Counted from the first letter of the stretch, positions 1 to 12,305 are shown. The stretch: 47,514 nt of DNA from Pirellulales bacterium (GCA_046582885.1 JAYGDO010000438.1:1-47514), one strand, 5' to 3'. The notes: a model not told the origin generated them from the letters alone. A program made the numbers and translations.

Positions 1-175
1 ATCTTGCCCCCCGCGCCAGCCAACCGTCCGTCCGCATTACCACGTCCCGCACCGCTTTAACCTCTTTGGTTACTCTGGTGAGTGGCATCGGGCCAGCATC
101 ATTCAACAACCGCCAAATATCGCCGGCTGTCTCGCCGGACTCCCCGATGCAGTTGCCTCGAATCGCCGTAGCCAT
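1..175 (-). CDS. Winged helix-turn-helix protein, DUF2582-like (runs off window edge; possibly frameshifted near its 3' end)
   Basis: Absent from the ORF track. Manual translation from ATG at 175 (AAGGAG RBS upstream): MATAIRGNCIGESGETAGDIWRLLNDAGPMPLTRVTKEVKAVRDVVMRTDGWLARG..., matching the IGETAGxIWxxL...GWLARExKI pattern of DUF2582. Confidence 0.7.
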   Translation of the reverse strand, partial: MATAIRGNCIGESGETAGDIWRLLNDAGPMPLTRVTKEVKAVRDVVMRTDGWLARGAR

Positions 176-188
176 CCGTCGCTCCTTC

Positions 189-220
189 TTACTGACGGAC
201 TCCGTTACTGACGGACTCCG
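189..220. repeat. Perfect 16-bp tandem duplication (TTACTGACGGACTCCG x2) abutting the RBS of the wHTH gene
   Basis: 189-204 and 205-220 are identical. Confidence 0.9.
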
Positions 221-349
221 ATCTCTTTTACCGGTTGCGAATACACCGCAGAGCCGATCCTCGGCCGGATTGCATCCGCATGCCGAAAAGATGGGAACCC
301 TACGCTGAGCGACTGGACTCGCCCGCCTTAAGCCCGAGCGAACGCGCGC

Positions 350-393
350 AAAAAAAGGCCCCGATCGGCTCTGCGGGGCAAGCCGATCGGGCC
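350..393 (-). terminator. Rho-independent terminator
   Basis: Minus strand GGCCCGATCGGCT-TGCCCCGCAG-AGCCGATCGGGGCC followed by T7. Confidence 0.8.
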
Positions 394-550
394 CTCTATG
401 AAAAACCGGCTAGTCCGAAACGGACCGGAACAGTTCAGCCATCGGCAATGTCCCGCGCCTAAGATTCACAGTCTCACCATCGTATGATTCAAAGTGTGGC
501 TCGACGGTTTGCGGGAACCGCCGAGCCACAAATGGGCCAAGCGTGATCGC
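350..550 (-). ncRNA. Candidate structured small RNA (~200 nt)
   Basis: Bounded by a sigma54-like promoter (560-577) and a terminator (350-393). Contains a 15-bp hairpin (495-530) whose single mismatch is a G-U pair only on the minus strand, plus a small hairpin at 413-425. No convincing ORF. Confidence 0.45.
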
Positions 551-559
551 CGACGTACG

Positions 560-577
560 ATGCACGTAGTATGCCAA
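560..577 (-). promoter_or_regulatory. Putative sigma54 (-24/-12) promoter
   Basis: Minus strand TTGGCATACTACGTGCAT: GG-N10-GC spacing, close to the TGGCAC-N5-TTGC consensus. Confidence 0.5.
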
Positions 578-702
578 TCGGAGTGGGACTCAAAAAATCG
601 GACAGCGGTCTTAAATTTCCGGGGAAATCTAGCGCTAATTCACGCTAGCACGTGCGGCCGACCGCCTGCGGCTTTGAAATTCCTACAACACCGCACACGC
701 AT

Positions 703-1149
703 TTAGAATCGCCGATCCATCGACAAGCCGCGTAGGAAGCTGGTTGTTATGGCCAAAAAGATCGCCTCAAGCCGAGCAAATTCCTGATCCTCAGCCTGAA
801 TCAGGATCATCACCGTACCGATTTCCGCGATCACGCCCCGGACCTGGGCCGTGCTGGTCAGATCCAGGCAGAAAAAATTGATGTCCAAGCCCGATAACTC
901 ACTCCCCTCGACGACCTGAGTGGTTTCTTCGGCATCTACCACGTCGTATTCTTCCCGGATCGCGGCCAACACCGACTGGATAAGGTCAGGTACCGCCGCG
1001 GGCTCGTTTTCAACCCGCAACGACCAAAAACCGCCGCTGGGGCTGTAAACACTTACCGCCAATCTCGCATCGCCATCCTCTTCGATATCCAGGTCCCAAT
1101 TCTCCGGGTACTCAAAAAGAACACCGTCTTGATCAAATTTTGCTGTCAT
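703..1149 (-). CDS. Conserved hypothetical protein (acidic; possible PsbP/Mog1-like fold)
   Basis: 148-aa ORF with F-x-Y-P-x-x-W near the N-terminus; last gene of the ExeA-like operon. Confidence 0.7.
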   Translation of the reverse strand: MTAKFDQDGVLFEYPENWDLDIEEDGDARLAVSVYSPSGGFWSLRVENEPAAVPDLIQSVLAAIREEYDVVDAEETTQVVEGSELSGLDINFFCLDLTSTAQVRGVIAEIGTVMILIQAEDQEFARLEAIFLAITTSFLRGLSMDRRF

Positions 1150-1231
1150 TACGGGCGCCGAGGTTCGTACCGTGGGAAAGCGAAAGAGTACGTTGGAGAT
1201 GAGGATTGGAAAACAGGCCGCGTGTCCGCCA

Positions 1232-2053
1232 CTATTCCGTTGAAACGGCCACTAGCTCGTTACAGACCGATTCAAGATGCACAGCCGAAATCGACGGCAA
1301 TTGCTCGGCAAATCCAATCAGCATGGCCAAATCGCACAGGCGGTTGATTTGACGTGGGACACCGCTCGTGAGATGAAACAGCGCTTCGAGCGCCTCGTTG
1401 TCAAAGATCGCGCGGCCCGCACCCGCTTGAGTTAGCCGATGCGCGATATAGCTGATCGTCTCCTCCATGTTGAATGGCCGTAACAAGCATTTGACACCCA
1501 CACGTTCTTCGAGTCCGGATTGCCGATCCAACATTGGCAACAAAGTCGGTTGGCCAACAAGCACCAACGTAAATCCCGGATAAGAATTGAATTCAAGATT
1601 TGCCAGCAACCGACAAACTTCGAGCCCATCCGCTTCGTGCATCAAGTGCGCTTCATCAATCACTAAAATCGCATGACGGTTGTTACGGACATTCTCTTCC
1701 AGCGACCGCTCAATCGAGCGAACGCTGATGTCGACACTACGATTTTGCGGCGGTTTTCCAACAGGAGATACCTCGGCGGCGATGTACGCCAATAACTCGT
1801 CTGCGGCCATACGTGGATACCGGACGTGAATAATCGGCTGAATATGACCCGCCGACATCCGTTTCATCAATTGAATAACTAGGCTCTTACCCAAACCGGT
1901 TCTGCCCGTCAACGTAACGCCGCCCCAACGGCTTTCGACCGCATAACGCAGCTTCAAAAGTGCGGCCTGATGTGATTCGCCCGGATAATAAAAGTCCGGA
2001 TCGGCGCCGCTTTCGAATGGTTTTTTCGTCAATTGCCAATAATCGGTATACAT
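1232..2053 (-). CDS. ExeA/GspA-family AAA ATPase (no C-terminal peptidoglycan-binding domain)
   Basis: MY..YW.L..KPF N-terminus, Walker A GRTGLGKS, Walker B LVIDEAH, LVGQP, SGVPRQINRLCD. Confidence 0.9.
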   Translation of the reverse strand: MYTDYWQLTKKPFESGADPDFYYPGESHQAALLKLRYAVESRWGGVTLTGRTGLGKSLVIQLMKRMSAGHIQPIIHVRYPRMAADELLAYIAAEVSPVGKPPQNRSVDISVRSIERSLEENVRNNRHAILVIDEAHLMHEADGLEVCRLLANLEFNSYPGFTLVLVGQPTLLPMLDRQSGLEERVGVKCLLRPFNMEETISYIAHRLTQAGAGRAIFDNEALEALFHLTSGVPRQINRLCDLAMLIGFAEQLPSISAVHLESVCNELVAVSTE

Positions 2054-2091
2054 TGATCACTCGGACGTCATCAGTAACGCCAAATCCCTGC

Positions 2092-3390
2092 TTAACGGTT
2101 TCCGGACGTGATTTGGATTTCGTTTTCCACGATGCCCAACGGCGTCACTCCCAACGAGACAAGCTGGTTCACAAGTTGATCAAGTCCGTCTTCAATATTA
2201 CCGGCACTACGAACTAAAATGGCCCAGTCGATCCCCGCCTCGCGGTTAACCCATGGCGGGATGCGGCGCGCATGGGTCGCTGGCAAATCGACCAGTACGA
2301 CGTCAAACCTCGGTCGCACTTCTGCAACGACCAGGGAAAAGCCCGCTTCTCCCTGCTGAATAATTGTATGTGAGCGCGCCGTTCGCAACGGCATGATCGT
2401 CAGTCGGTCGTCCATCGATTCGATCAGCGCCTCACCGATTGGCAAGTGGCTGGCGACCACCTCGTCCCAACCCAATTGCGCGGCGACACCCAATGTTCTG
2501 GCCACTGCTGGATCGATCAGATTCGCGTCGATTACCAAGACCCGCAGGTTCAACTCAGCCAGCCGACTAGCCAAACTAAGCGCGATCGTGGTTCGACCTT
2601 GGCGAGAACGACAACCGGCAATCGAAACAACATTGCGACCCGACCGAACCTGATTCCACACCTCGTCCGCAACCCGCGTCATGCCGCTTTTCGCGAACTC
2701 GGCCATGTGCTGCAGGACTTTCGGCCAGAAGAACTGATCGACTTCGAACGCCGGCCTACTCCAAATCGTGCCTTCCGCCGCTGGGGAAACCTCTGCCGAA
2801 ACCTCTGCTGGTTCGGTGTCCCGCGTGGATGGGTGTGCCTTGTCCAGACGAATAATTGAAGCCCCGCCGGGTGATGGATCGCCAACCTTTTGACCCACCA
2901 TCGACGTGTAACCTGGTGCCAAATCCGGCTCCGCCAGAGCGAGCCGATCCGGTTCGGTAAATGCCGAAGTGCGAATTGCTGGTTCGTCACGGGTATGTTG
3001 AGCCTGATTCGGTGGTAACGTCGTATCGGCTTCGTCCGGAAACGTAAAAGCACCGGTCCGCATCGGTTTCGGTTCAATCGCCGAACCACAAGGATTTTTC
3101 GGGATTCGCGCGACCGGTGTACCCAAAAAATGCGGTCCGCTTCCCGGGGAAAGAAATTGAGCCGGGACATCAAAGCGCCACGTCAGCGGGCCTTGATCTT
3201 GTGCAGCAGCCTCGGACCTCTCCGGTTGGCTAACTGGAGTCTCAATCGTCGCACGAGACGCCAGTTTTTCCGATTCATCGACTGGCAGCGGCGTAACCGC
3301 AGCGCCGTCCGCCGTGACTTTACAACGAGCCTGTACCGCCAAATCTTGCCGGTTAAAAGCTCTGATGAACGAACGGTCGAACCCCGTCAT
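2092..3390 (-). CDS. CpsD/CapB (BY-kinase/MinD-like) P-loop protein with long disordered N-terminus
   Basis: C-terminal domain with Walker A-like GCRSRQGRTT, A' VLVIDAN and Walker B VVLVDLP. Confidence 0.75.
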   Translation of the reverse strand: MTGFDRSFIRAFNRQDLAVQARCKVTADGAAVTPLPVDESEKLASRATIETPVSQPERSEAAAQDQGPLTWRFDVPAQFLSPGSGPHFLGTPVARIPKNPCGSAIEPKPMRTGAFTFPDEADTTLPPNQAQHTRDEPAIRTSAFTEPDRLALAEPDLAPGYTSMVGQKVGDPSPGGASIIRLDKAHPSTRDTEPAEVSAEVSPAAEGTIWSRPAFEVDQFFWPKVLQHMAEFAKSGMTRVADEVWNQVRSGRNVVSIAGCRSRQGRTTIALSLASRLAELNLRVLVIDANLIDPAVARTLGVAAQLGWDEVVASHLPIGEALIESMDDRLTIMPLRTARSHTIIQQGEAGFSLVVAEVRPRFDVVLVDLPATHARRIPPWVNREAGIDWAILVRSAGNIEDGLDQLVNQLVSLGVTPLGIVENEIQITSGNR

Positions 3391-4091
3391 CGAAATTGTC
3401 CGTTATTCCGCGGTTGTCGTGCCTGTCGATCAGGCTTGCCAATAGTCCCGTTGAGCCGGATAGTACCTGCAGTTGCGGTGTCCGTATTGATGGCGGGCGA
3501 CGGTGCGGGTTGCAGTGCGCCTCCGGATTGTTCAGCGGCGGTCACCGCTGGTTGTGTTTCAACATTCGGGCCAGATGCTTGGTCCGCTGACCTCAGTCCA
3601 GATGTCGTCGCCTGATGATTGGAACTATTTGTCACAAGGTCGTTTTGCGATTCTGGCGGCCAATTCGGTGCAATATCCTCAACCGACGCTGGTTGATTTC
3701 GTCTCGTCAATAACACAACTATCACGACGAGCAAAAAACCAATCAGTGACATCAGCACCCAGTGCGTGGTCGACAATCTTGCTATGATCGGCGGGCGACG
3801 CTGCTGTCTAAGCTTGGACGAACGTCTGGCGACTGGCTGCATTGCGCGTCCTGTGCGGCTATTTCGATTAACGACACGGTCGCTCCTGCGCGAGCCATTA
3901 TTTTTTGATGGCTCCGTCTCCAAAGCCGTAGCTACCTCCGACGTCGTCGTGGGTTCGAGATGATGAACCGCGATCGGCGCGCCCGGACGATTTGCTTCCA
4001 CAAATACGTCGGGAATCCGAGCCAGCACCGAGAACTTACTGGCAGTTGCGGCACGAACCTGTTCGCGGGGAGGTGGCACATTAGAGTTCAC
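3387..4091 (-). CDS. Hypothetical single-pass membrane protein
   Basis: One TM helix (WVLMSLIGFLLVVIVVLL) between low-complexity arms; 4-nt overlap with the next gene. Confidence 0.7.
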   Translation of the reverse strand: MNSNVPPPREQVRAATASKFSVLARIPDVFVEANRPGAPIAVHHLEPTTTSEVATALETEPSKNNGSRRSDRVVNRNSRTGRAMQPVARRSSKLRQQRRPPIIARLSTTHWVLMSLIGFLLVVIVVLLTRRNQPASVEDIAPNWPPESQNDLVTNSSNHQATTSGLRSADQASGPNVETQPAVTAAEQSGGALQPAPSPAINTDTATAGTIRLNGTIGKPDRQARQPRNNGQFR

Positions 4092-4099
4092 GGTGTAGG

Positions 4100-4150
4100 T
4101 TATCGGTTACGATCAGGCCGATCTTGAGCATTAGAGCGATTTGACCGATT
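4100..4150 (-). promoter_or_regulatory. Sigma28-like promoter overlapping a 9-bp-period direct-repeat array
   Basis: Minus strand TCAAG-N15-ACCGATAA ends 8 nt before the GTG at 4091; RATCG-like pentamers at 4146, 4137, 4128, 4119, 4110. Confidence 0.4.
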
Positions 4151-4304
4151 GTGAAAATTAGGCAACCCCGGCTGAGAGGACAGCCTGTTTGCGAGGTCCA
4201 CAGCCATTAGGCAACTTTGATAAATGGCCTTTTGCCGCAACTCGGCAGACAATAAATTAGGCACCCTTACTTCGATCATCAACTTCCCGCTACTCATACA
4301 CGTT

Positions 4305-8024
<3,720 letters not shown>

Positions 8025-8043
8025 AAGTCAAAGTTCTCGGCTG

Positions 8044-9276
8044 CTAGAGAAAGTAATCGCCTGCATCTTCCGTTGCCACCAGCGCTTCGAGCTTTTCGGG
8101 ATGGTCGATCAGGTCCTGGATCCACCAATTCGTTGCGTTGTACAGGCACGTCACATTTTTGCACTCATGCGCGGCATCGAAACGAACGACTATGTCACCC
8201 AATTTCTTGCGCGTTTCCGAGATCATCGATTCGTCGCGATAACCACGCCGGTCGGCGATCATCGCCATTGGTACGCTACGGTAAGCGGGGCAGTTGAAAA
8301 CTCCGTGAGGCGTCAATACCTGACGGAAGGCCTGCATGTGACAACTTTTTGTCTGCCGTGTGTAATCGCGCCAACTCTGCTGTTCCAACAGCCGCAAGTT
8401 CGTGCTTTCAACGATCTTAAACGTACTGTCTTCCAATTGTTTGGCCTCGGCAACCGCTGCCTGGATCCGCTTCGTTACGGTCGTAAGTTCTTCTTCCGCG
8501 CGGGCCGGGTTCATGATCTCCGCACCATTGTCCTCCTGCCGCATGAGAAACGGTTTGACCGACATGTAATCGAACCGGTATTTCTTCGCTCGTTGGGCGG
8601 CCGTTAACAACTCGTGAATGTTTTCCACAATTTTCACGTCATCGCGCGACGCGCCCTTCCAGGTAACGATGAACGAGTAGCCCATTTGGAAGGTCGGGTT
8701 GCGGTCCTTGATTTTGGGCACCCACTCACAGATTTCGTCCAGCGTCACTTTCTGCCGCGGCAAGTGCATCGCCTGAAACGTCTCGTCCGTGCCCGAGTCC
8801 AGCGAAAGCCGTACCCAATCACCCGGCCCAAAATATTCGGCCGCCTCGAGAATTCGATCATTCCTCCCACCGTTTGAAACCACTGCCACTTGCTGATTGA
8901 GCTCCCGCTTCAAAAATCGCACAATCTCGACGAACCGCGGATAGACCGTCGGCTCACCACCGCCGATCAGGATCACAGACTTCATGCCGCGCTCAGACAG
9001 TTTGCGCAACGAGTCAAGCAGTTCGTCTTCTTTGTGCTTGACGCCGGTGTTGAGAATGTCCCAATCGATGCAATGATCGCAACGGTAGTTACATGCTGTG
9101 GTCAAATCGAGATTGATCGACAGCGGCGCAGCGTCCGGCGGGAGCGGCGGCTGGTGCCCGGCCGAGTTCGCCTGTTTCAATTCCGCCTGCCAACGCACGT
9201 AATCAACAACACGCGGCAGCACCGACTGCTGCCGCAATTTGGAACCAAAATCATGAAAATCGTGAGCGCCATCCAT
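8044..9276 (-). CDS. Radical SAM protein with C-terminal SPASM/twitch-like Cys cluster
   Basis: CNYRCDHC (CxxxCxxC), GGGEP motif, four C-terminal Cys (SCHMQ..FNCP..ECKNVTC). ATG 9276 preceded by AAGGAAGG. Confidence 0.9.
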   Translation of the reverse strand: MDGAHDFHDFGSKLRQQSVLPRVVDYVRWQAELKQANSAGHQPPLPPDAAPLSINLDLTTACNYRCDHCIDWDILNTGVKHKEDELLDSLRKLSERGMKSVILIGGGEPTVYPRFVEIVRFLKRELNQQVAVVSNGGRNDRILEAAEYFGPGDWVRLSLDSGTDETFQAMHLPRQKVTLDEICEWVPKIKDRNPTFQMGYSFIVTWKGASRDDVKIVENIHELLTAAQRAKKYRFDYMSVKPFLMRQEDNGAEIMNPARAEEELTTVTKRIQAAVAEAKQLEDSTFKIVESTNLRLLEQQSWRDYTRQTKSCHMQAFRQVLTPHGVFNCPAYRSVPMAMIADRRGYRDESMISETRKKLGDIVVRFDAAHECKNVTCLYNATNWWIQDLIDHPEKLEALVATEDAGDYFL

Positions 9277-9293
9277 GGCTCGCCTTCCTTGGC

Positions 9294-10310
9294 TCAACCG
9301 TCGAAGTCGATCCGCGCCGCGAGGTATACGTCGTCAAGGACTCGGACGTTATCCAAAATGCGGTCGTCGACGTTCGACCAGTTTTCGGGGGTTTCAATGC
9401 GTCTTATAAAGTCCGCCAGCAATAATCGCAACGGATCTTCGACCGGAACCAACACACCACGGTGATCGGACGGGCCAAATTGCGGCCCATCATTCAGATC
9501 CAATGCCTCCAATGGGGTGTCCATTGATTCGAAAAACATATCGTATGTCGCTAGATCGATGCGTCGAAGCACGGTGCAGCCGTTGATAGCGTAACCAGCC
9601 GGGCGGGGCTGCACGGGGCCATGTACCAACCGAACCCTGATGCGTACTTCGCCGGATTCGTGAACGTAATTCAACGCGAGTAACAATTGGCCGGGTCCGG
9701 GCCGCTGGAAAGTGATTTTTTCCACGCGGCCCCCGACCGACACCGACGAAAACAACATGCTCAACACATGCGGCATGGCGTTAGGAATCATGCCGATCCC
9801 CTCGTCGGCCGGCGCGAGCAGCATTTCCAACCGATCCATACCGCCATTAAGAGAAACTGCGGGATGGCATTGATGAAAAGCAGGCAGTGTATAAGGCCAC
9901 TGCTGGTTGACCATCAGCACCAGGCCGGCATTAGCAAAACCCTCCGCGATCTCGGTCGCATCCGCCAGATTTTTGCGGCCGGAGTCAAACACAAACGGCT
10001 TTTCGCAAAGCACATGTGATCCGCTTTCCAACGCCAACCGGAGATGCTCGCGGTGAAACTGGTGCGGCGAACAAATGGCGACCGCGTCGAGCGTCTCGTC
10101 CCGCATCATTCTTTCGGCGCTCGAGTACCCTCGCACCAACAGATCAAACCTCACCTGTAAGGATTCGGCGGCCTCCGCGACGCTCTGTTGACTCGTCCCG
10201 GCAATCGCACAAACGTCCGCCCCCAATACCGCCAGATCGCGGGCGACATATTCGCCGATTCCCTGTACACACCGACGCGCGCCAATAATTCCGATTCTGG
10301 GCGTGCCCAT
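9294..10310 (-). CDS. Gfo/Idh/MocA-family NAD(P)-dependent oxidoreductase
   Basis: IGIIGA...GIG Rossmann start, DAVAICSP..FH, HVLCEKP. Start re-picked at ATG 10310. Confidence 0.85.
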   Translation of the reverse strand: MGTPRIGIIGARRCVQGIGEYVARDLAVLGADVCAIAGTSQQSVAEAAESLQVRFDLLVRGYSSAERMMRDETLDAVAICSPHQFHREHLRLALESGSHVLCEKPFVFDSGRKNLADATEIAEGFANAGLVLMVNQQWPYTLPAFHQCHPAVSLNGGMDRLEMLLAPADEGIGMIPNAMPHVLSMLFSSVSVGGRVEKITFQRPGPGQLLLALNYVHESGEVRIRVRLVHGPVQPRPAGYAINGCTVLRRIDLATYDMFFESMDTPLEALDLNDGPQFGPSDHRGVLVPVEDPLRLLLADFIRRIETPENWSNVDDRILDNVRVLDDVYLAARIDFDG

Positions 10311-10544
10311 ACTATATTTCCGTGTCCGATGGTTCCGGGGCCATTTCTTGTTTTGACGGCCCCAGAGTCCATCCAACGTACGTTAATCGTCCTCGCCACT
10401 CGATGGACGGCGGCGAAGAGCCATCCTACAAATGCTAGCAAACTCTACGGTAGCTCGAAAATGCTGTGGGACCGGCCCGCAACGCGCCTTTATACTTGCC
10501 CGCCAAGCCGGCACACAACAGAAACAATCCATCAGGAATTACGC

Positions 10545-11366
10545 GTGGCCCCCCAACTCACGGTGATCATCGCCATCAAGAACCACGAATCGCTGATTCG
10601 CCAATGCATCGAATCGTGTCGTGGCATCGCTGACGAAGTTTTGATTGCCGACTCCGGTGCCACCGATCGCACCGTCAAAACGGCGCAGCAATCGTGCGCC
10701 GGTTGGTGTGAATGCACGGTCACCGCCCGCGACTACATTACAGCCTGTAGCTTCAAAAACTGGGCCATCTCGCAGGCTCGTCACGAGTGGATTTTGATCC
10801 TGGACGTCGACGAGCGGCTGACCGTTCAGCTGGCAACCGAAATCAAGACTACGCTGACCGGCGTCCCAGATTGCGACGGCTACCTCGTACGGCGTCACAA
10901 TTATTTTTTAGGGCATCGAGTCCGCTTTTCAGAATGGGCACGTGACCGCGTCATTCGCCTTTTTCGGCGAGACCAATTTCGTTACCCAAACGAATCGGCC
11001 GACCACGGCGAATTCGTCACCTTGAGTAAACAAATTGGCCGCCTCCAACACGTGATGAAACACTATGCGCGGCGTTCGTACGCCGAGCAACTTGAAAAAT
11101 GCCATCGCTATACGGCACTGCAAGCCAAGCGGTGGTTCGAAGCAGGACGCAGGCCGAGCCTGCTGCAGCTGCTCTTCCGCCCGCCGCTGCGATTCTTGCG
11201 GTCCTACATCGCCTACGGCGGCGTCTTCGACGGAAAAGTCGGCGTACAGATCGCCTATCTGGCCGCCTACTACGCCTTTCTAAAACAGGCACGGCTGTGG
11301 GAACTGTGGCAGGGCGCCGAATCGAACCGAGAAGACGAGTTGTCCGACCAGCGTCAAGCCGCATGA
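10545..11366 (+). CDS. Glycosyltransferase family 2 (WaaE/KdtX/LgtF-like)
   Basis: VIIAIKN, ADSGATDRT, WILILDVDE, RLFRR, C-terminal GVFDGKVG. Start re-picked at GTG 10545. Confidence 0.88.
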   Translation: MAPQLTVIIAIKNHESLIRQCIESCRGIADEVLIADSGATDRTVKTAQQSCAGWCECTVTARDYITACSFKNWAISQARHEWILILDVDERLTVQLATEIKTTLTGVPDCDGYLVRRHNYFLGHRVRFSEWARDRVIRLFRRDQFRYPNESADHGEFVTLSKQIGRLQHVMKHYARRSYAEQLEKCHRYTALQAKRWFEAGRRPSLLQLLFRPPLRFLRSYIAYGGVFDGKVGVQIAYLAAYYAFLKQARLWELWQGAESNREDELSDQRQAA

Positions 11367-11498
11367 TTGAATTCTGCGGAACTCAACCCGGCGACTGCCC
11401 GTCGGAAGGCGACCTTACATCCGGCGAATTAAGTTCGTCAGCGCCGACGGACGGGCGGAACACGCGCCGCCACAAATGTCGAGCCGGACACCTGCTGC

Positions 11499-12305
11499 TT
11501 AAGCCGCTTGTTTGCGGTAGCCAAGCCGTGCCAGGGTCGGTGCAATTACGGTTTCGACTTCGGCGAGTTGCACCGCCGCTTCCGTACGGTACTGTGCGAT
11601 TTTTTCGGGGCGGACTTGCGTTTGCAAATAGTCACGGCAGGCAGGAGTCAGTTCTCGGCCGAGAAACCGGCAGACGGTTTGCATGGTCGCAATCGGCTCG
11701 CGACAGAGTGCTTCGAATGTGATCGTGCACATCGCTGGCCGAGCGAATTCTACGAACTCTTCAAATCGGCACACCTGAAAATCCCACGACATCGCCGCTT
11801 GGACGTGATGCGGCAAGTTCATGGCACCGATATGCGCCAGCAACATGCGACCGAGCGGGCGTCGCGGATCATCCGTCAAATGATGCTTGAACGCAACGTC
11901 ACGCCCGTCGCGCAGCATGTGGATGTAACGAGCCTGTGGAAAAGTCGCCGCCACGTAATTTGGAATGAGATAAGTTTCCGGAAACTTCCAACCCCAGTCA
12001 TCCTGGGTGTGTCCCAGCCAATGCAGATAACGATCAAGTGACCGATGAAAATACTTCAGCCTGCGATGTTCCGAGGCAACCGTTGACGGCAAGTGTAGCG
12101 ACCCGCGGCAGATTCGTTTAATCGCCCGTGAAAACCGCAAGTCTTGCACGTCCCCCGTGGGTACGTCTTCGGTAGCGCCCATCCGGATGCCGAGCTTCTG
12201 CAGCGCCCAGGCCAAGACGCGGGTTCCCGAATGGCCGCGTCCCATAACAACGACGGGACGTTCCTCAGCAAGTCGAATGCCGCGCCGGCGCGATGAGTCG
12301 AACAT
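11499..12305 (-). CDS. PAPS-dependent sulfotransferase
   Basis: 5'-PSB loop GRGHSGTR, WGWKFP, 3'-PB IHMLRDGRDV, FEALCREP. Confidence 0.88.
   Translation of the reverse strand: MFDSSRRRGIRLAEERPVVVMGRGHSGTRVLAWALQKLGIRMGATEDVPTGDVQDLRFSRAIKRICRGSLHLPSTVASEHRRLKYFHRSLDRYLHWLGHTQDDWGWKFPETYLIPNYVAATFPQARYIHMLRDGRDVAFKHHLTDDPRRPLGRMLLAHIGAMNLPHHVQAAMSWDFQVCRFEEFVEFARPAMCTITFEALCREPIATMQTVCRFLGRELTPACRDYLQTQVRPEKIAQYRTEAAVQLAEVETVIAPTLARLGYRKQAA

Noticed and set aside
270-286. Second sigma54-like element upstream of the wHTH gene
   Set aside because: Spacing is GG-N9-GC; sigma54 requires N10
575-615. Resemblance to a c-di-GMP-I riboswitch (GAGTGGGAC.CAAA...GACAGCGG)
   Set aside because: Lacks the GGCAAAC/GNRA P2 stem and a P3 stem, and no plus-strand gene follows
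4119-4200. SAM-I riboswitch-like words upstream of metH (ATCTTGAG...GAGCGA...GGCAACC)
   Set aside because: No GGTGC partner for P3 and no P1-closing GAT or terminator in the right place; the 9-bp array on the other strand explains the segment better
10188-10544. Long N-terminal extensions in the ORF track (also 4224, 14040, 34960, 47415)
   Set aside because: They overlap neighbouring genes or promoters and precede the family-typical start; shorter starts were chosen
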